Assembly (NCBI GenBank): GCA_950097015.1
Contig: CATNEN010000003.1
Location: 14,508,001 to 14,572,000, forward strand
Origin: Macrostomum hystrix
Lineage: Eukaryota > Animalia > Platyhelminthes
DNA: 64,000 nt
Direction: 5' to 3'
Shown: piece by piece, positions 1-13,219 of the stretch
Layout of the letters: each line of letters starts with the position of its first letter
Position numbering within the stretch: position 1 is the stretch's first letter
Notes under the pieces: model-generated
What the model was told of the DNA's origin: nothing
The model's input: the letters and a program-made list of their open reading frames with translations, nothing else
Database searches by the model: none
Program-made: the position numbers and the translations under genes

Positions 1-88
1 ACTGTAGCCCAGGGATAGCGCTCGCGGGGTGGTGGGCGTCGGCTCCCCGGCTTGGCGTGGGTGACTTTTAGCTAAAAAAACACGCGTC

Positions 89-741
89 TTAAAATACAAA
101 ATAGGCACTGAATAATAACACCGGGAGAAATAAGGACAAACAAGCTGACACTACACTCTGAATTCCTGTCCCAAAAGTTTTCAAGGCTCTCTCGTATTGA
201 CGCATGCTGCTTGCAGTCCAACTATGTTCAGACGGGTGAGACTTATTCACGTGGCTCTCTGCCTGGTCTAGGACATACTTCTGGTGCTGCAAGGCCTGCT
301 GAAGTCGACCAATTTCTGGCACAATCTGATCCGATGTTGGGCCGTGGTGAATGAACTGCCACATTACTGTTGGCCGATTGACTACAGGAAGATTGTCTGT
401 CAATAGAAGAAGGACGTGTGTCCCTTTTTTATTTTTTCTGTCTGATAGATTAAACGCTTTTCTAGTCTCCCATGTCAGCTTAGACTCTTACTCAGATCAT
501 TATCGAATTCACTCACATCTACTCAGAAATTACTCAGAAACTTCTCAAATCCCACTCAAATCCACTCAAATCCTACTCAGAATCAGGGACGACAAAAACA
601 CTCTTGTTTTAGTGTGTTTTACAGTGTTTTAGTAGTCCCTGCTCAGAATATACTCAGATCCAACTCAGATCCTATTCTGCAGATTCTACTCAGATCCAAC
701 TGAAATCCACTCAGATCCTGCTCGGCCTAATTACCTCACTG
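89..741 (-). pseudogene. Partial paralogous copy of exon C and its upstream intron from the unknown gene at 2937-6266
   Basis: About 225-580 is nearly identical to about 3988-4340. It has the same acceptor (ttgacag|, exon starts 396). The donor at 735 reads CAG TGA G|gtaatt versus CAG TGG G|gtaagg in the intact copy, so W becomes a stop. Homology is lost upstream of about 741. Confidence 0.7.
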
Positions 742-1330
742 ATTAATATATTATTTATTAATACCTCATTGCAAGTGGAACACAAGTATAATGTCAACCT
801 AATTTTACTATTCTGTAGTGTATTAATTTTCAGAATTATATGACGGGCTATTTAGTAAAAAACCGTATGACGATCAAGTTGTAATGTTCAATACTTTATA
901 ACATTCGGTAGAGCAACATGTTAGGCAACTTATATCAAAAGAACAGCTTTGTATCCTCTTTTAATCAAAAGCTTTCATTATTTAAGTCTGAAAAATGACA
1001 GTTTTCTTTCTGTGTACGTAGTGTATTTTTGCGAAACCAGCCTTCAAACTTTTTTTTCTAAGAAACGTAGTTTTCTGTCCTTCTACTCCTATATTGATCC
1101 TTGTGTTGAATATTCGTGGTAAAAAAGAAGTCAAAAGCGACGCAATTATATGAAATTCTAGATGCATTAATCCTGTGTGAAATACAGCCATACATACAGT
1201 TTATTTCATTATGCTTATGTATAATGTGCGTTTTTTAATAGTGCAACTGATCGAATCGCACACAAAGCCTGCAAATAGTCAGTAGTCGGTTTACTACACA
1301 AATAAAATAGGATATCGTTTCTAAGAAAAA

Positions 1331-1363
1331 GCTGCTGCTGCTGCTGTTGCTGTTGCTGCTGCT
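1331..1363. repeat. (CTG)n microsatellite
   Basis: gctgctgctgctgctgttgctgttgctgctgctg. Confidence 0.9.
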
Positions 1364-2936
1364 GACTGACTGATGAATTAGACTGGATGCTTACTACATG
1401 GAACTGTAAAATGTGCACTTTTTCAATAGTCTGTCAACAAAAGTTTTATAATACATGTCAAAACTATAAGGTATTTAATAAGCTCCTGTACTGACACGCA
1501 TATTACACACAAGGACTTTAACGAGAACTGCGAAATCTGTCTCGAACGCAAGCAATTTATTCCGATCATTGATAACAATTACACCGAGCTGCTTCGGGAA
1601 AGCGAGATTTCGGGAATGTGAAAGCACTCTACATTAAATGAATACAGTACCGATCAATCATATTTTATGTTACTGTAGATTTAAAAGCTCCTTTGTTTAA
1701 TCTCTATCATACTTATAACAACATTTATAGTTATAAAATAGTTATAGTTTTTATAACTAAATTTTTTATTATAGATATAGTTATAGTTATTAAAGTTTAT
1801 AGTTATTAATTTTTATCCTTATAAAAAAATTATAGTCGTTGCTATTTTAAAACACGGAAAAATACCGAACGAAACAAAAAACATAGAAACAAAATCAATA
1901 AAGCGACAACAAATAGTCGAAAAGCATAGAAGTCTTCGTAAAAGCTAGTGGAAAAAGTGAATATTTAGATTTTTTATCAGATTTTCTCGAAACAAAATTA
2001 GCAACTCGTATTACGCAAAAGCAGCTCTCGTTTTGACGGCCCCAAATAAGAATGGATTGAAATTTTCACAATAAAGTGACGAGGTAGCCTTTCAGGTTTT
2101 AAAAAAAAGAAAAGAAAAAATTAAAATTATTTTACGGCAAACAAAACACATCCAATATAAGCACACACAGAAGCTGGTTGGTGCGTGATTCGGTCGCATG
2201 TGGACATGCAAGCGGCGATTAAAAAAACATGAAATGAAAGAAATGAAATTTTCGCCAGAGTAAAATGCAAAATGCGAGGAAGCAACACCAAGAAAACAAT
2301 GCGAGTGTGGAAAAAATAGTAATGATTATGTAAAAAATTACACTTTCTATAGATTTGTGAAGCATTTGCTCTCGAAGGAGATTTTAAATTTTCTGTTTTT
2401 TTTCTGCAAAGATTTGTTTTAATGGATTCGAATCCTTAAAGTTCTTAACGCTTACTTCTGATTTTCAGGCAATTAAATATTAAAATAATGATTAAGCAAA
2501 GCGATTAGTAAATTTTTAGGCAAATTAACCAAGCAGGCAAAAAATTAAACATGTATTCAGTGTAGCGCAAGTGCAGGCGATTAAACGATTTTTTATTGCA
2601 ACGCCATGTTTCCAGCTTTCACGCAGTTTTTTCGTTGATTTTTAATCAACTTTGCATTCACCGGAATTTTGTTTGTTTTAAACGAAAAAAATAAAAATCA
2701 GAGGTATAAATCATTGAATGGAACTGCAAGTTTCAATAAGCTTGCTGCCTTGAACTTCTACTTCTAAGACTTAATAAATTCTTATTTAGCTAGCTAAGCT
2801 GTACAGGCAAAGTCACACGCAATTCTTCTAGCTATTGCAGTGTAAAACTCTAATTATTAATAAAATTGACCTATTCACTACCTGGAAAAGAGTCTAGATT
2901 CTTAGTTCTTAGTCTTCTAAATTCATCTCTCTAAAT

Positions 2937-5900
2937 TCATCCCATTGCAAATAACCGAGGAATGGATATAAAGCCGTCTAGTTTAAAGCCGAATAATGAA
3001 TATGGCTTCCGGTGGTTGCTGGGCCGATTAACCCAACCGACAGGTGCCGCGTACAGGTAAGCTGCCACAAAGTGCATCGGATACGGATCGCTGAGCGCTG
3101 GCAGATCAACAGAAAATTTCGGATTCCAACTGCTATCTTGCTGGCTGAAGTCATACAGCAGCTCAAGATGGCTTACTATTTCTGACAGTTTCTTTTGGCG
3201 CAGAAATTTTCGAAATAAATTCCAAAGTCGACGTCGACGCCTCGGCGCTTTAGCGAACCGACGCGTCTTTGGCGCTGTTTGTTGAAGCTGCTGTATTGGT
3301 CGCATCGCTGGCACTCTGGTGTCTGTCCTGGCTAGGTTGAAGCCCTGGTTCTCGTTGGTCGGCAGTTCGGTCATGGACAAGGTGGCTAGCAGGCGTGCCT
3401 CAACCATCTTGCTGACGGCTCGGAAGATTCGATTCGCTCGACGTTTTGCTTTTTGCACTCTTCGCAAAATTTGCACAAAGCGTAGAAGCCACTGGTTCAG
3501 CTGAGTGCTGAAGCCCACAGACAGTTTGACGGTGAATATTCGACAGCGGAATTTGTTCATCTTGGGCGAGTAGACCGCGGCGAAGCCGAACGTCGCTGTT
3601 GAACCGACGACGACGTTGAAATTGACTGGCGAAACGGACTCCACGAAAAATTTGATGGCTTGATTGACATCTGCGTGTGTTTTTTTCGTCAACAGATGCG
3701 ACTGTAAGAGCTGACGGTGACACTTGATTGACAGGGCCAGTAATTGTTTCGTTGAACCAGCAAACGCTGTGTGACTCAGAACTTGCTTGCAAACTTGTAG
3801 TATCGCCTGCTTGTTCATTCTCTGGAATTAATTGAACTCCTTCTGGTAATAATAATCGTAAAATTTGCAGCAGGGCCGCGAAGGCCTGCAGCCTCTGATC
3901 TCGACCAAAGTCCCAATCAAAGCTCTGGATAGGCTCACAGTTTTCTTGGCTTCCTCGTATCGACGCATGCTGCTCGGACTCCAAATGTGTTCAGACGGGT
4001 GAGACTTATTCACGTGGCTCTCTGCCTGGTCTAGGACATACTTCTGGTGCTGCAAGGCCTGCTGAAGTCGACCAATTTCTGGCACAATCTGATCCGATGT
4101 TGGGCCGTGGTGAATGAACTGCCACATTACTGTTGGCCGATTGACTACAGGAAGATTCTCTGTCAATAGAAGAAGGACGTGTGTCCCCTTTTATTTTTTC
4201 TGTCTGATAGATTAAACGCTTTTCTAGTCTCTCATGTCAGCTTAGACTCTTACTCAGATCATTATCGAATTCACTCACATCTACTCAGAAATTACTCAGA
4301 AACTTCTCAAATCCCACTCAAATCCACTCAAATCCTACTCAAATCCACTCTGATCCACTCAGATCCTACTCAAATCCACTCAGATCCTACTCAAATCTAC
4401 TCAGATCCTACTCAAATCCACTCAGATCCTACTCAGATCCACTCAGATCCTAATCAAATCCACTCAGATCCTACTCAGATCCACTCAGATCCTACTCAAA
4501 TCCACTCAGATCCTACTCAGATCCACTCAGATCCTAATCAAATCCACTCAGATCCTACTCAGATCCACTCAGATCCACTCAGATCCTACTCAGATCCACT
4601 CAGATCCACTCAGATCCACTCAGATCCTGCTCAGATCCTACTCAAATCCACCCAGATCCACTAAGATCCTGCTCAGCCTTACCCCACTGCATGACATCCG
4701 AATACGAGTGCGCCGACTTGGACGACACCAACCGCCGCTGTGACATCAGGCGCACTCGAAAAGTGTCGTGTCGGCAGGCTTCGGCGTCGCCAGCCAAGCA
4801 GCTGTGCTGTGCGCCCTGTCCGCAGACCACTCCGCCGTAGGCCCACACATCGTCTCCAGCTGAGCAGTTCATTCCAATTGCCAGGGCTGACATTGACAAA
4901 GACTGGCCGCTGTAGGGCGTCAGTTCGGCGTGGATCAACGGCGCCAGAAGGTCGAGTCGATTTGGCCGGATCAATAGCGACGTGTTAGGCGGCAATTGCA
5001 AGGTGAATTCGGCCACGAAGGAGCCAGGCGACGAGCTGACCGGAGTTAGAGCGATCTCGCCTTCTCTGGAGAAATGATGCTCACATGTGAGCAACTCCTG
5101 CTTTCGGCCACTCTGATGATCTTTGCGATAGTACACCAGCGTCTCCCACGCTGTGGCGTCTGCCTGACCGCCTGCTAGGACAGGGACGGGATCTGAGAGA
5201 ATTGGGGTCTGGAAATACTGGGATCTGGAACGATTGGGATCTGGAACGTTTAGGATCTGGAAAGATTGGGATCTGGAAAGATTGGGATCTGGAAATATTG
5301 AGATCTGGAAATATTGGGATCTGGAAATATTGGGATCTGGAAATATTGGGATCTGGAACGATTGGGATCTGGAACGTTTAGGATCTGGAAATATTGGGAT
5401 CTGGAACGATTGGGATCTGGAAATATTGGGATCTGGAAAGATTGGGATCTGGAAATATTGGGATCTGGAAATATTGGGATCTGGAAATATTGGGATCTGG
5501 AACGATTGGGATCTGGAAAGATTGGGGTCTGGGATTTAGTAGTAATATTGGGATCTGGGATTGGTCACTGGGTTTCTTGGATACTCAGCATTTTTTAGTT
5601 AATCCCAATCTCAATCAACTCACTCTCCCCCTCCCGCAGGATGAATGCGTTGACATAGAATTTGTCCGGATCAGTCTTGAGTATAGTGGAGATATCCACA
5701 GCCGGATAGGTAGTCCACAAACTCGAATAGTTGGTGCAGGTGAAGGCAAATGTTCCTGGCGGCAGTGTGGCTGTTGGATCAATTCCATCGAATAGTTTGG
5801 ACCGCTCGTATGGCAGTCCTCCGCCTTTACCGACACTGATCTGAGCGCCGCAATACTCATGCAAAGGCCGAATCGTGTTAGCAACTACGCAGATAGTGTA

Positions 5901-6266
5901 AGCAGACTCCTGACTAGAGTCTATGGACAATACGTGATTCATTCTGGCGCGCATCAGCTTAGGATTGACAGAGTCCGTACAGACGTGCAAGTTGTACTTT
6001 CCAGATCCCAACTCAACGGCAGGATAGAAAGTAGACAATTTAATGAGTAGTTTGCCGCGACCCGACTGGCTTAGAAGCTTATTTCGTCTGAGATTTAGAA
6101 ACAAAGTTTTCGTGTTTTTTGTGTCCAGTTTGTAAGTTGTGCTTCGATTCAAAGCTAGCTCTTCTCGACTGTAGCGATTCAGATCTGTGGGAGGTTCGGG
6201 GTTCGAATTTATAGGTGCGATGAAAAGGAATGTTTCACGATAAATTTTCCACTTCGAAAGACCAGG
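2937..6266 (-). CDS. Spliced gene of unknown product, 3' part: exons A 6266-5624, B 5171-4683, C 4159-3939, D 3821-2937; 5' end unresolved or decayed
   Basis: Four separate ORFs of the track join in frame through canonical sites: GAGA|gtgagt..cctagcag|GC (phase 1), TGGG|gtaagg..ttgacag|AG (phase 1) and ACT|gtgagc..ttccag|AGA (phase 0). The joined frame is open for about 745 codons. No domain recognised. Confidence 0.65.
4290..4675. repeat. 10-bp minisatellite (ACTCAGATCC / ACTCAAATCC) in an intron
   Basis: Tandem units visible; a shorter version lies at about 490-720. Confidence 0.95.
5190..5560. repeat. 16-bp minisatellite (GGGATCTGGAA[AT/CG/AG]ATT) in an intron
   Basis: About 20 tandem units filling intron A-B. 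Confidence 0.95.
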
Positions 6267-6272
6267 CTAGGG

Positions 6273-6354
6273 AAGACCACGGGCTATTTGAAATACCCGC
6301 TGCCTACTTCACGACAGCTCCCAAACCGAATGACCGATTCACCACGTGAAAGTC
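6273..6354 (-). repeat. Dispersed structured repeat, copy 1 (possibly a Helentron/HINE-like fragment)
   Basis: Shares GACTTTCACG..GGTCATTCGGTTTGGGAGCT..TCGTGAAG.AGGCAG.GGGT..CCCGTGGTCTT with 55428-55500. Confidence 0.6.
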
Positions 6355-6868
6355 CACCATGTGGATCAACATTTTCCGTCCTTTTCGATGAACTAACTAT
6401 CAAAGACGTCCAAAGTCAGTATCGTCAAGATATTCAGCGATTCTCTGGTGACAAGGACAATTAACATTGCTTTGTATAAACGTCTATGGCTTAAAAGTTT
6501 TTCTCCTAATAAAGAAAGTAATTATAGGATTTGACAAGCCTTGCAATTACCCGAGTTAGACTCCTGCAGTAGGTGATTATTGATTAGTGTGCTATTGATT
6601 GCCACTTGGCCTTCTTGATTGCCTTTCGAAGTGACTTTGTCGAATTGCACAGTGACAGATGTCAGACATGGGGTAATTGTTGCGAACAGGTTGGCTGGCA
6701 GTAGGCCGTGCCTTGAAACCACTGTTAAACGATCAAATCTGCAATTGGAAGCGGGAAGTTGAAAAATGGATGAATGTTCTTATTCATTAAAATGTTTTTG
6801 ACAATGCTGCAGTTTTGTAAATAGACAGTAGAAATTGGACCGTATGAGAAGCTGTAGGATAACGGACG

Positions 6869-9835
6869 TGTTGTGAATGGCCTATGTGCACATCTGCTCA
6901 TAGTGTACCCATGTAATCGATGTACATGACGACCTCATCCTGGACCAGCTGATCTTTGACACCTCGTCCTCAAAGGTGCGTGAAAGACTTCTACTTGAGA
7001 AAGCGCTCACGCAGGGCGGGGCAATCCAAATTGCAGCCCAGGTGGAAATGGCGGTCCAGAGTGAGAAGTCGCTGACTGGCAAGACAGCAGCCGACGACGG
7101 CATCAAGAAGATCAACTTTAAGAGAGCTTCTTACGACGCCAAGCAGCGCCAGACGGGTCAGCAGAACCAGTTCTGCTGCTCACACTGCGGCCAGCGAGGC
7201 TACCGCACAGGCAGTGATCCGCGCTGTGCGGCACGAGGGAAGGCGTGCACGAAGTGCGGGAGGCTCAACCACTTCGCCAAGGTGTGCAAGAGCAGCACGA
7301 CGGCACCGACCTCAGGCCACAAGACGATTCAAGGCGTCGAGATAGACGGCTCCAGACAGCAGTGTATCTTCGCTGTCGAGTCCAGCAACATAGGCGAGTA
7401 CGAGAGGGGCCTGCAGCGTAAGAATCAACGGTCACAGCATCCCGTTACTGGTGGACACAGCCGCCAAAGTATCCATCCTCAGCGTGGAGACAAGCCGCAA
7501 AATCTTCGGATCTAAAATCCCTCTGCGCCCGTGCCAGATTGGATTCCTACCAAGTACCAAGTGTACTCTCGTCCCTACCCTTCAGGCATCTAAGTCCTCT
7601 CCTGGTTTGATCTGCTCTGTGCGTGTGCGGGCCAGGGGTGAGAGGCAATCCGGCTACCGCCCCCTTCCCCGCTTGGCTTGCTGCTGTGTGTGAGGTGCCT
7701 GTGTCCAGGGGTCTAGATGGCGCGATGGGCGTCTCCCGCCAAGTTCGCCGGCCTGGGGGCATGCCGTTCCTGTGCTTGTGTTCCTGTCAAGTGCCCCAGG
7801 CCCCCCTGCAAACAAGTAAGTAAAGTGCCTGGAACTGGGACAAGAAGTGCGAAGCAGCCTTCAGCGGGTCAAGCGGCTTAACTCATCCACGCCGTGCCTA
7901 AAATTATTCGATCAGAGCCACGAAACAGTTGTCTCGTGTGACAGCATCGACGTCGCCCTGGGCGCTACTCTGGGCCAAATTGACGAGCATCGACAACTTC
8001 GTCCAGTCGCCTTCGCTTCTCGCGCTCTGTCCGACACCGAGCACCGTTACTCCGCGACGAAGAAGGAGGGAGGCCCTGGCCTGCGTCTGGAGCTGCGAGC
8101 ACTGGCACCTTCTGCTCTACGGCCGAAAGTTCAAGCTGCTGACCGACCACCAGGCTCTGACCACCTTGCTATCAGCACGCGGAGTCGGCCAGCGGCCTCT
8201 TCGACTTCAACGCTGGTGTGAGAGACTCTTCGTCTACGATTTCGACATCGAGTATGTTCCTGGTAAGCTAAACATCCAACCTGACTCTCTGTCCCGCTAC
8301 GGCTACGATCGTAAAAAGATCGGCCAAGAATAGATTGATCAACGTCAAACTGAGTCAGACATCAACCTAGTGCTTGCCAGGAGCACCGAGCCTATTTCAG
8401 TTGCTCAGCTCGCCGAGGCCACAGCCAGTGATGGCCAACTGCAGCGAGTCATTCAGTTCGTGCTCAACGGATGGCCTACCGAGACTCCTAGCGACCTAAA
8501 GGGTTTCCATCAGGTGCAGCATGAGCTCTGCCTGTGGAACGACGGGCGCTGTCTGGCGAGAGGCAGCCGAGCGGTCATCCCAGCCTCACTGCGCGACCTG
8601 GTGTTGACAGAGGCACATCAAGGGCATCTCGGCGTGGCGAAGGTCAAGCGCGATGCCGTGAAACTGTCTGGTGGCCGCGCATTCGTGAGGAACTGCAACG
8701 CCTGCATTCTGTTGGAGAAGGCGTTCAAGCCGATCAAGGTGCCCTTGTCAACCACGGAACTACCAGCCGGCCCGAGGAGACAGCTTCAAGTCGGCATCGT
8801 CGGAGAGCTCCCGTTAATCGAAGCGCCAAATTCGCACTGATTCCTCATCGTCGGTCACGACTTGTGGCCCGAGATCATCGCGTCTTCATCGGTGACCACT
8901 TCTGCCTGCGTCGAGGCCCTTCGCAGCCTGTTCGTCCCCTGGGGCCTGCCAGACGAGATCACAACTGACAACGGGCCACAGTTCGTGTCGAGCGAGTTCA
9001 CGGACTTCCTCTGCTCACTTGGCATCAAGCATCTCCATTCCGCAACAGAACGGCGGAGTCGAAAGGTTCAACGGCTTCATCAAGTGTTCTCTACGAGCCC
9101 TGCTGGCCGACGGCGTGCCCATGAAGCAGGCTGTGCAGGATCTCCTGCTAGCGTATCGCTCGGCCGAACACGCGCTGACCAAGAAGACCCCGGCCGAGCT
9201 GATGCTAGAGCGGAAGCTCCGCCTGCATCTTGACCGGCTTCAACCGGCCGAGCCTGAGTCCGCGCCCAGCCAGGCGCTGAGGCGCACCGTCCAGGAGCAG
9301 CAGCAGCGAGTCCAAAGTCGCCGGAAACCTTTCAAGCAGAATCAGCAACCGCGTAGCGCCGCATTGACCGTCGGCAGTCATGTCCGCGTAAGCCGACCGA
9401 AGAAAAGCAAACTCGGTAGCGGTGTCTCCGAGCCGATGACGGTCGTCAGTCGCAACGGCAATGCACTGACGCTAACCGATGGCAGTCGCTGGCACGTCAG
9501 CCGCCGCATCCCAGACGACCGCCATGGCTGGTGCGACGATGACGGTGAGCTGCCACCACAGCCAGCGGGTGCGCCGACAAACCCAGCGCCACCAACGCCA
9601 CCGCTGCGTCGTTCTGAGAGGCATCGTGCACCGCCTCAATGGTTCGGCAGCGTTGTGACCCACGATTGAGTGTGAACCGACAAGTGACTCAAGTGACTGT
9701 TGTTGAGAGAGCAATCGAGAGAGCTTTGCGAACTGATTCAATGCATGTGCTCAAATAATGCCATCCCGCCCGTTGCCTGTCACTTCTTTGGAGGGGGGGA
9801 GATATTGTGAATGGCCTATGTGCACGTCTGCTCAT
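6869..9835 (+). mobile_element. Degenerate Ty3/Gypsy LTR retrotransposon with RT deleted
   Basis: Gag zinc knuckle CTKCGRLNHFAKVC. Protease DTAA. RNase H (VSCD, RPVAFASRAL, FKLLTDHQAL). Integrase (AHQGHLG, GLPDEITTDNGPQF, NGGVERFN). Polypurine tract at 9790-9802. LTR starts t[g/a]ttgtgaatggcctatgtgcac at 6869 and 9803. Many frameshifts. Confidence 0.92.
7545..7827 (+). mobile_element. Probable LINE 3' fragment replacing the Gypsy RT region
   Basis: GC-rich non-Gypsy sequence between protease and RNase H, ending in a short-repeat tail (aagtaagtaaagt). Confidence 0.45.
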
Positions 9836-9849
9836 CTGGCTAGCAGACA

Positions 9850-10090
9850 CGTCGGACGTCGTCGGACTCAAGACTTCTAGGTTGTAGGTCGGGGGTTCGA
9901 TTCCTGACTGGACTGGAACAATTTGTGTCTTCTTTAGCAAGACAACTCTGCATTTCACCCAGCTGTAAATTGGGCAACCACCATCAGTTGGGGTAATTGC
10001 GGGTGGTGTGGCGCCCCCCTGTCCATGGACTGAACAGCGGTATGCAGCCTTATGCTGCATATGATGCTAGCTATTGCTTGGATCGGGATT
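9850..10090 (+). mobile_element. tRNA-derived SINE, family 1
   Basis: B-box ggttcgattcc; conserved central block gcaagac..ctctgcatt..cacccagctgtaaa; shared tail gtccatggactgaacag..gcagcctt; copies at 37826 and 52131. Confidence 0.85.
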
Positions 10091-10659
10091 AGGGAATAAA
10101 AATAATTTAAAGTTTGTGCTGTGTTTTACTACTCACTGCCTTCAAATTAGTAGTAAATAGCGATTATAACGATTTCCTATCAAAATTATATGAAAATTGG
10201 GAACTGATTGGGAACTAGCACAGGTATATGTACATAAGGACAGCTAAATTCCTAATTAGCATAAATCGGCATGCGAATCCCATTAGATTTTCCTCTAGAA
10301 ATAACTCAACCAATCTAAAGCAGAATTAATGCTGTCAAGACTAAGTCTACAAGCTGAGCTGTGCCCAAAGCACACTGCGTTCATAAATTTATACCCGGGC
10401 CGCGGGTGAAATTCTGTGCCACCAGGTTTGTTGACACTTGCTATTTCGAATTCAGCCAAGGTTTCCTACGAGTTTTGGCAGGTTACTTTAACTCTCCTAT
10501 ATCTTATCGAATTGCTGAGTATACGCGACCAAATTTGGTGAGAATTTCAGAGATTCAATTTAAAATTGCACTCTAAAATATGCTCATTCACTATTACCTA
10601 CTAAACTCTACTAGTTTCTCCCCCAACTTTCTCCCGCTTATTACTATTTATCAATCTTA

Positions 10660-12540
10660 CCAGCTCTCCACTACTCTCTCTCCCATACTCCCTCCCCACT
10701 ACTCTCTCTCCATACTCTCTCCCATACTCTCTCTCCCCCCTACTCTCTCTCCCCTACTCTCTCTCCCATACTCTCTCTCCCCTACTCTCTCTCCCCTACT
10801 GTCTCTCCCCTACTCTCTCTCCCATACTCTCTCTCGCCTACTCTCTCCACTACTCTCTCTCCCCTACTCTCTCTCCCATACTCTCTCTCGCCTACTCTCT
10901 CCACTACTCTCTCTCCCCTACTCTCTCTCCCATACTCTCTCTCCCCTACTCTCTCTCCCCTACTCTCTCTCCCCTACTGTCTCTCCCCTACTCTCTCTCC
11001 CCTACTTTCTCTCCCCTACTCTCTCTCCCCTACTCTCTCTCCCCTACTCTCTCTCCCCTACTCTCTCTCCCCTACTTTCTCTCCCCTACTCTCTCTCCCC
11101 TACTTTCTCTCCCCTACTCTCTCTCCCCTACTCTCTCTCCCCTACTCTCTCTCCCCTACTCTCTCTCCCCTACTCTCTCTCCCCTACTCTCTCTCCCCTA
11201 CTCTCTCTCCCCTACTGTCTCTCCCCTAATCTCTCTCCCCTACTCTCTCTCCCCTACTCTCTCTCCCCTACTCTCTCTCCCATACTCTCTCTCCCCTACT
11301 TTCTCTCCCCTACTCTCTCTCCCCTACTTTCTCTCCCCTACTCTCTCTCCCCTACTCTCTCTCCCCTACTCTCTCTCCCCTACTCTCTCTCCCCTACTCT
11401 CTCTCCCCTACTCTCTCTCCCTTACTGTCTCTCCACTAATCTCTCTCCCCTACTGTCTCTCCACTACTCTCTCTCCCCTACTCTCTCTCCCCTACTCTCT
11501 CTCCCCTACTCTCTCTCCCCTACTCTCTCTCCCCTACTCTCTCTCCCCTACTCTCTCTCCCCTACTCTCTCTCCCCTACTCTCTCTCCCCTACTCTCTCT
11601 CCCCTACTCTCTCTCCATACTCTCTCCCATACTCTCTCTCCCCCCTACTCTCTCTCCCCTACTCTCTCTCCCATACTCTCTCTCCCCTACTCTCTCTCCC
11701 CTACTGTCTCTCCCCTACTCTCTCTCCCATACTCTCTCTCGCCTACTCTCTCCACTACTCTCTCTCCCCTACTCTCTCTCCCATACTCTCTCTCCCCTAC
11801 TCTCTCTCCCCTACTCTCTCTCCCCTACTGTCTCTCCCCTACTCTCTCTCCCCTACTTTCTCTCCCCTACTCTCTCTCCCCTACTCTCTCTCCCCTACTC
11901 TCTCTCCCCTACTCTCTCTCCCCTACTTTCTCTCCCCTACTCTCTCTCCCCTACTTTCTCTCCCCTACTCTCTCTCCCCTACTCTCTCTCCCCTACTCTC
12001 TCTCCCCTACTCTCTCTCCCCTACTCTCTCTCCCCTACTCTCTCTCCCCTACTCTCTCTCCCCTACTGTCTCTCCCCTAATCTCTCTCCCCTACTCTCTC
12101 TCCCCTACTCTCTCTCCCCTACTCTCTCTCCCATACTCTCTCTCCCCTACTTTCTCTCCCCTACTCTCTCTCCCCTACTTTCTCTCCCCTACTCTCTCTC
12201 CCCTACTCTCTCTCCCCTACTCTCTCTCCCCTACTCTCTCTCCCCTACTCTCTCTCCCCTACTCTCTCTCCCTTACTGTCTCTCCACTAATCTCTCTCCC
12301 CTACTGTCTCTCCACTACTCTCTCTCCCCTACTCTCTCTCCCCTACTCTCTCTCCCCTACTCTCTCTCCCCTACTCTCTCTCCCCTACTCTCTCTCCCCT
12401 ACTCTCTCTCCCCTACTCTCTCTCCCCTACTCTCTCTCCCCTACTCTCTCTCCCCTACTCTCTCTCCCCTACTCTCTCTCCCCTACTCTCTCTCCCCTAC
12501 TCTCTCTCCCCTACTGTCTCTCCACTAATCTCTCTCCCCG
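10660..12540. repeat. 14-bp minisatellite (CTCTCTCTCCCCTA)
   Basis: About 130 units; source of the spurious 658-aa ORF. Confidence 0.97.
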
Positions 12541-13219
12541 AAGGTTAAAAATCTAATTTCAGTTCTCAGCGAAAGCCGACAAAATTTACGGTATCAGTAA
12601 TTAGTTTTTGTTTATTTTTTTCTGGTGTTTTTTCCCACTCGGCTAGGGTCGATAGGCAGAAAATTTAACATGTAATTCGATTAACTCAACTGCGATTCTG
12701 AGAAATTTAGTTTTTTTCACTCCTTCCAATGGTGAATAAAGCCTGTCTGGGATTCATTAATATTTAACCGCACCCAGCCTGAAGACCTTAGCAACCTTTG
12801 CTGCTGCATCCAGTATGAGCACGAAAATAGATTCGAGTTTTTTTAGTCCATATTGGGATGGAGCAAATTTTTATCTACGATGGTTAAAGGGCGGGTCTAG
12901 ATTGCAAACGTACGAGCTGTATTATAATCATAGTTTTTTTAGTTGCTATGGCTCAGTGCGCGTAGGCGTTGCTCATTAATAGATTTCTGAGTACAATAAT
13001 TATTAGGTAAAGCTGTTGTCTCTTATCAGTTTGGCCAGTCCAAATAGTCTACACACTTTTGGAAGCTGTCTTTGCTGAGTCATTTTTCGGCCTGACCTGC
13101 CTTATCAGTTGGAGACTGGGATTAATTGTGTATTAATAGGGATAAACTCGAATACATTAAGCATAAAATGGTCCAGATTTAAATAATATAGGACAAATTA
13201 GGATCAACTGAGTTACACT

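Noticed and set aside
1480-1621. Short CxxC-containing frame (NENCEICLERKQF) on the plus strand
   Set aside because: Too short and isolated, with no recognisable family or splice partners
3819-3830. Apparent bicistronic or virus-like abutting ORFs (3828-4166 and 2937-3818)
   Set aside because: Explained by a 117-nt phase-0 GT-AG intron (3938-3822)
10580-12556. 658-aa Leu/Ser/Pro ORF, and similar long ORFs at 13157, 22568-24617, 30660, 34129, 35843 and 45995-46749
   Set aside because: They are translations of tandem repeats that lack stops, often open in several frames and on both strands
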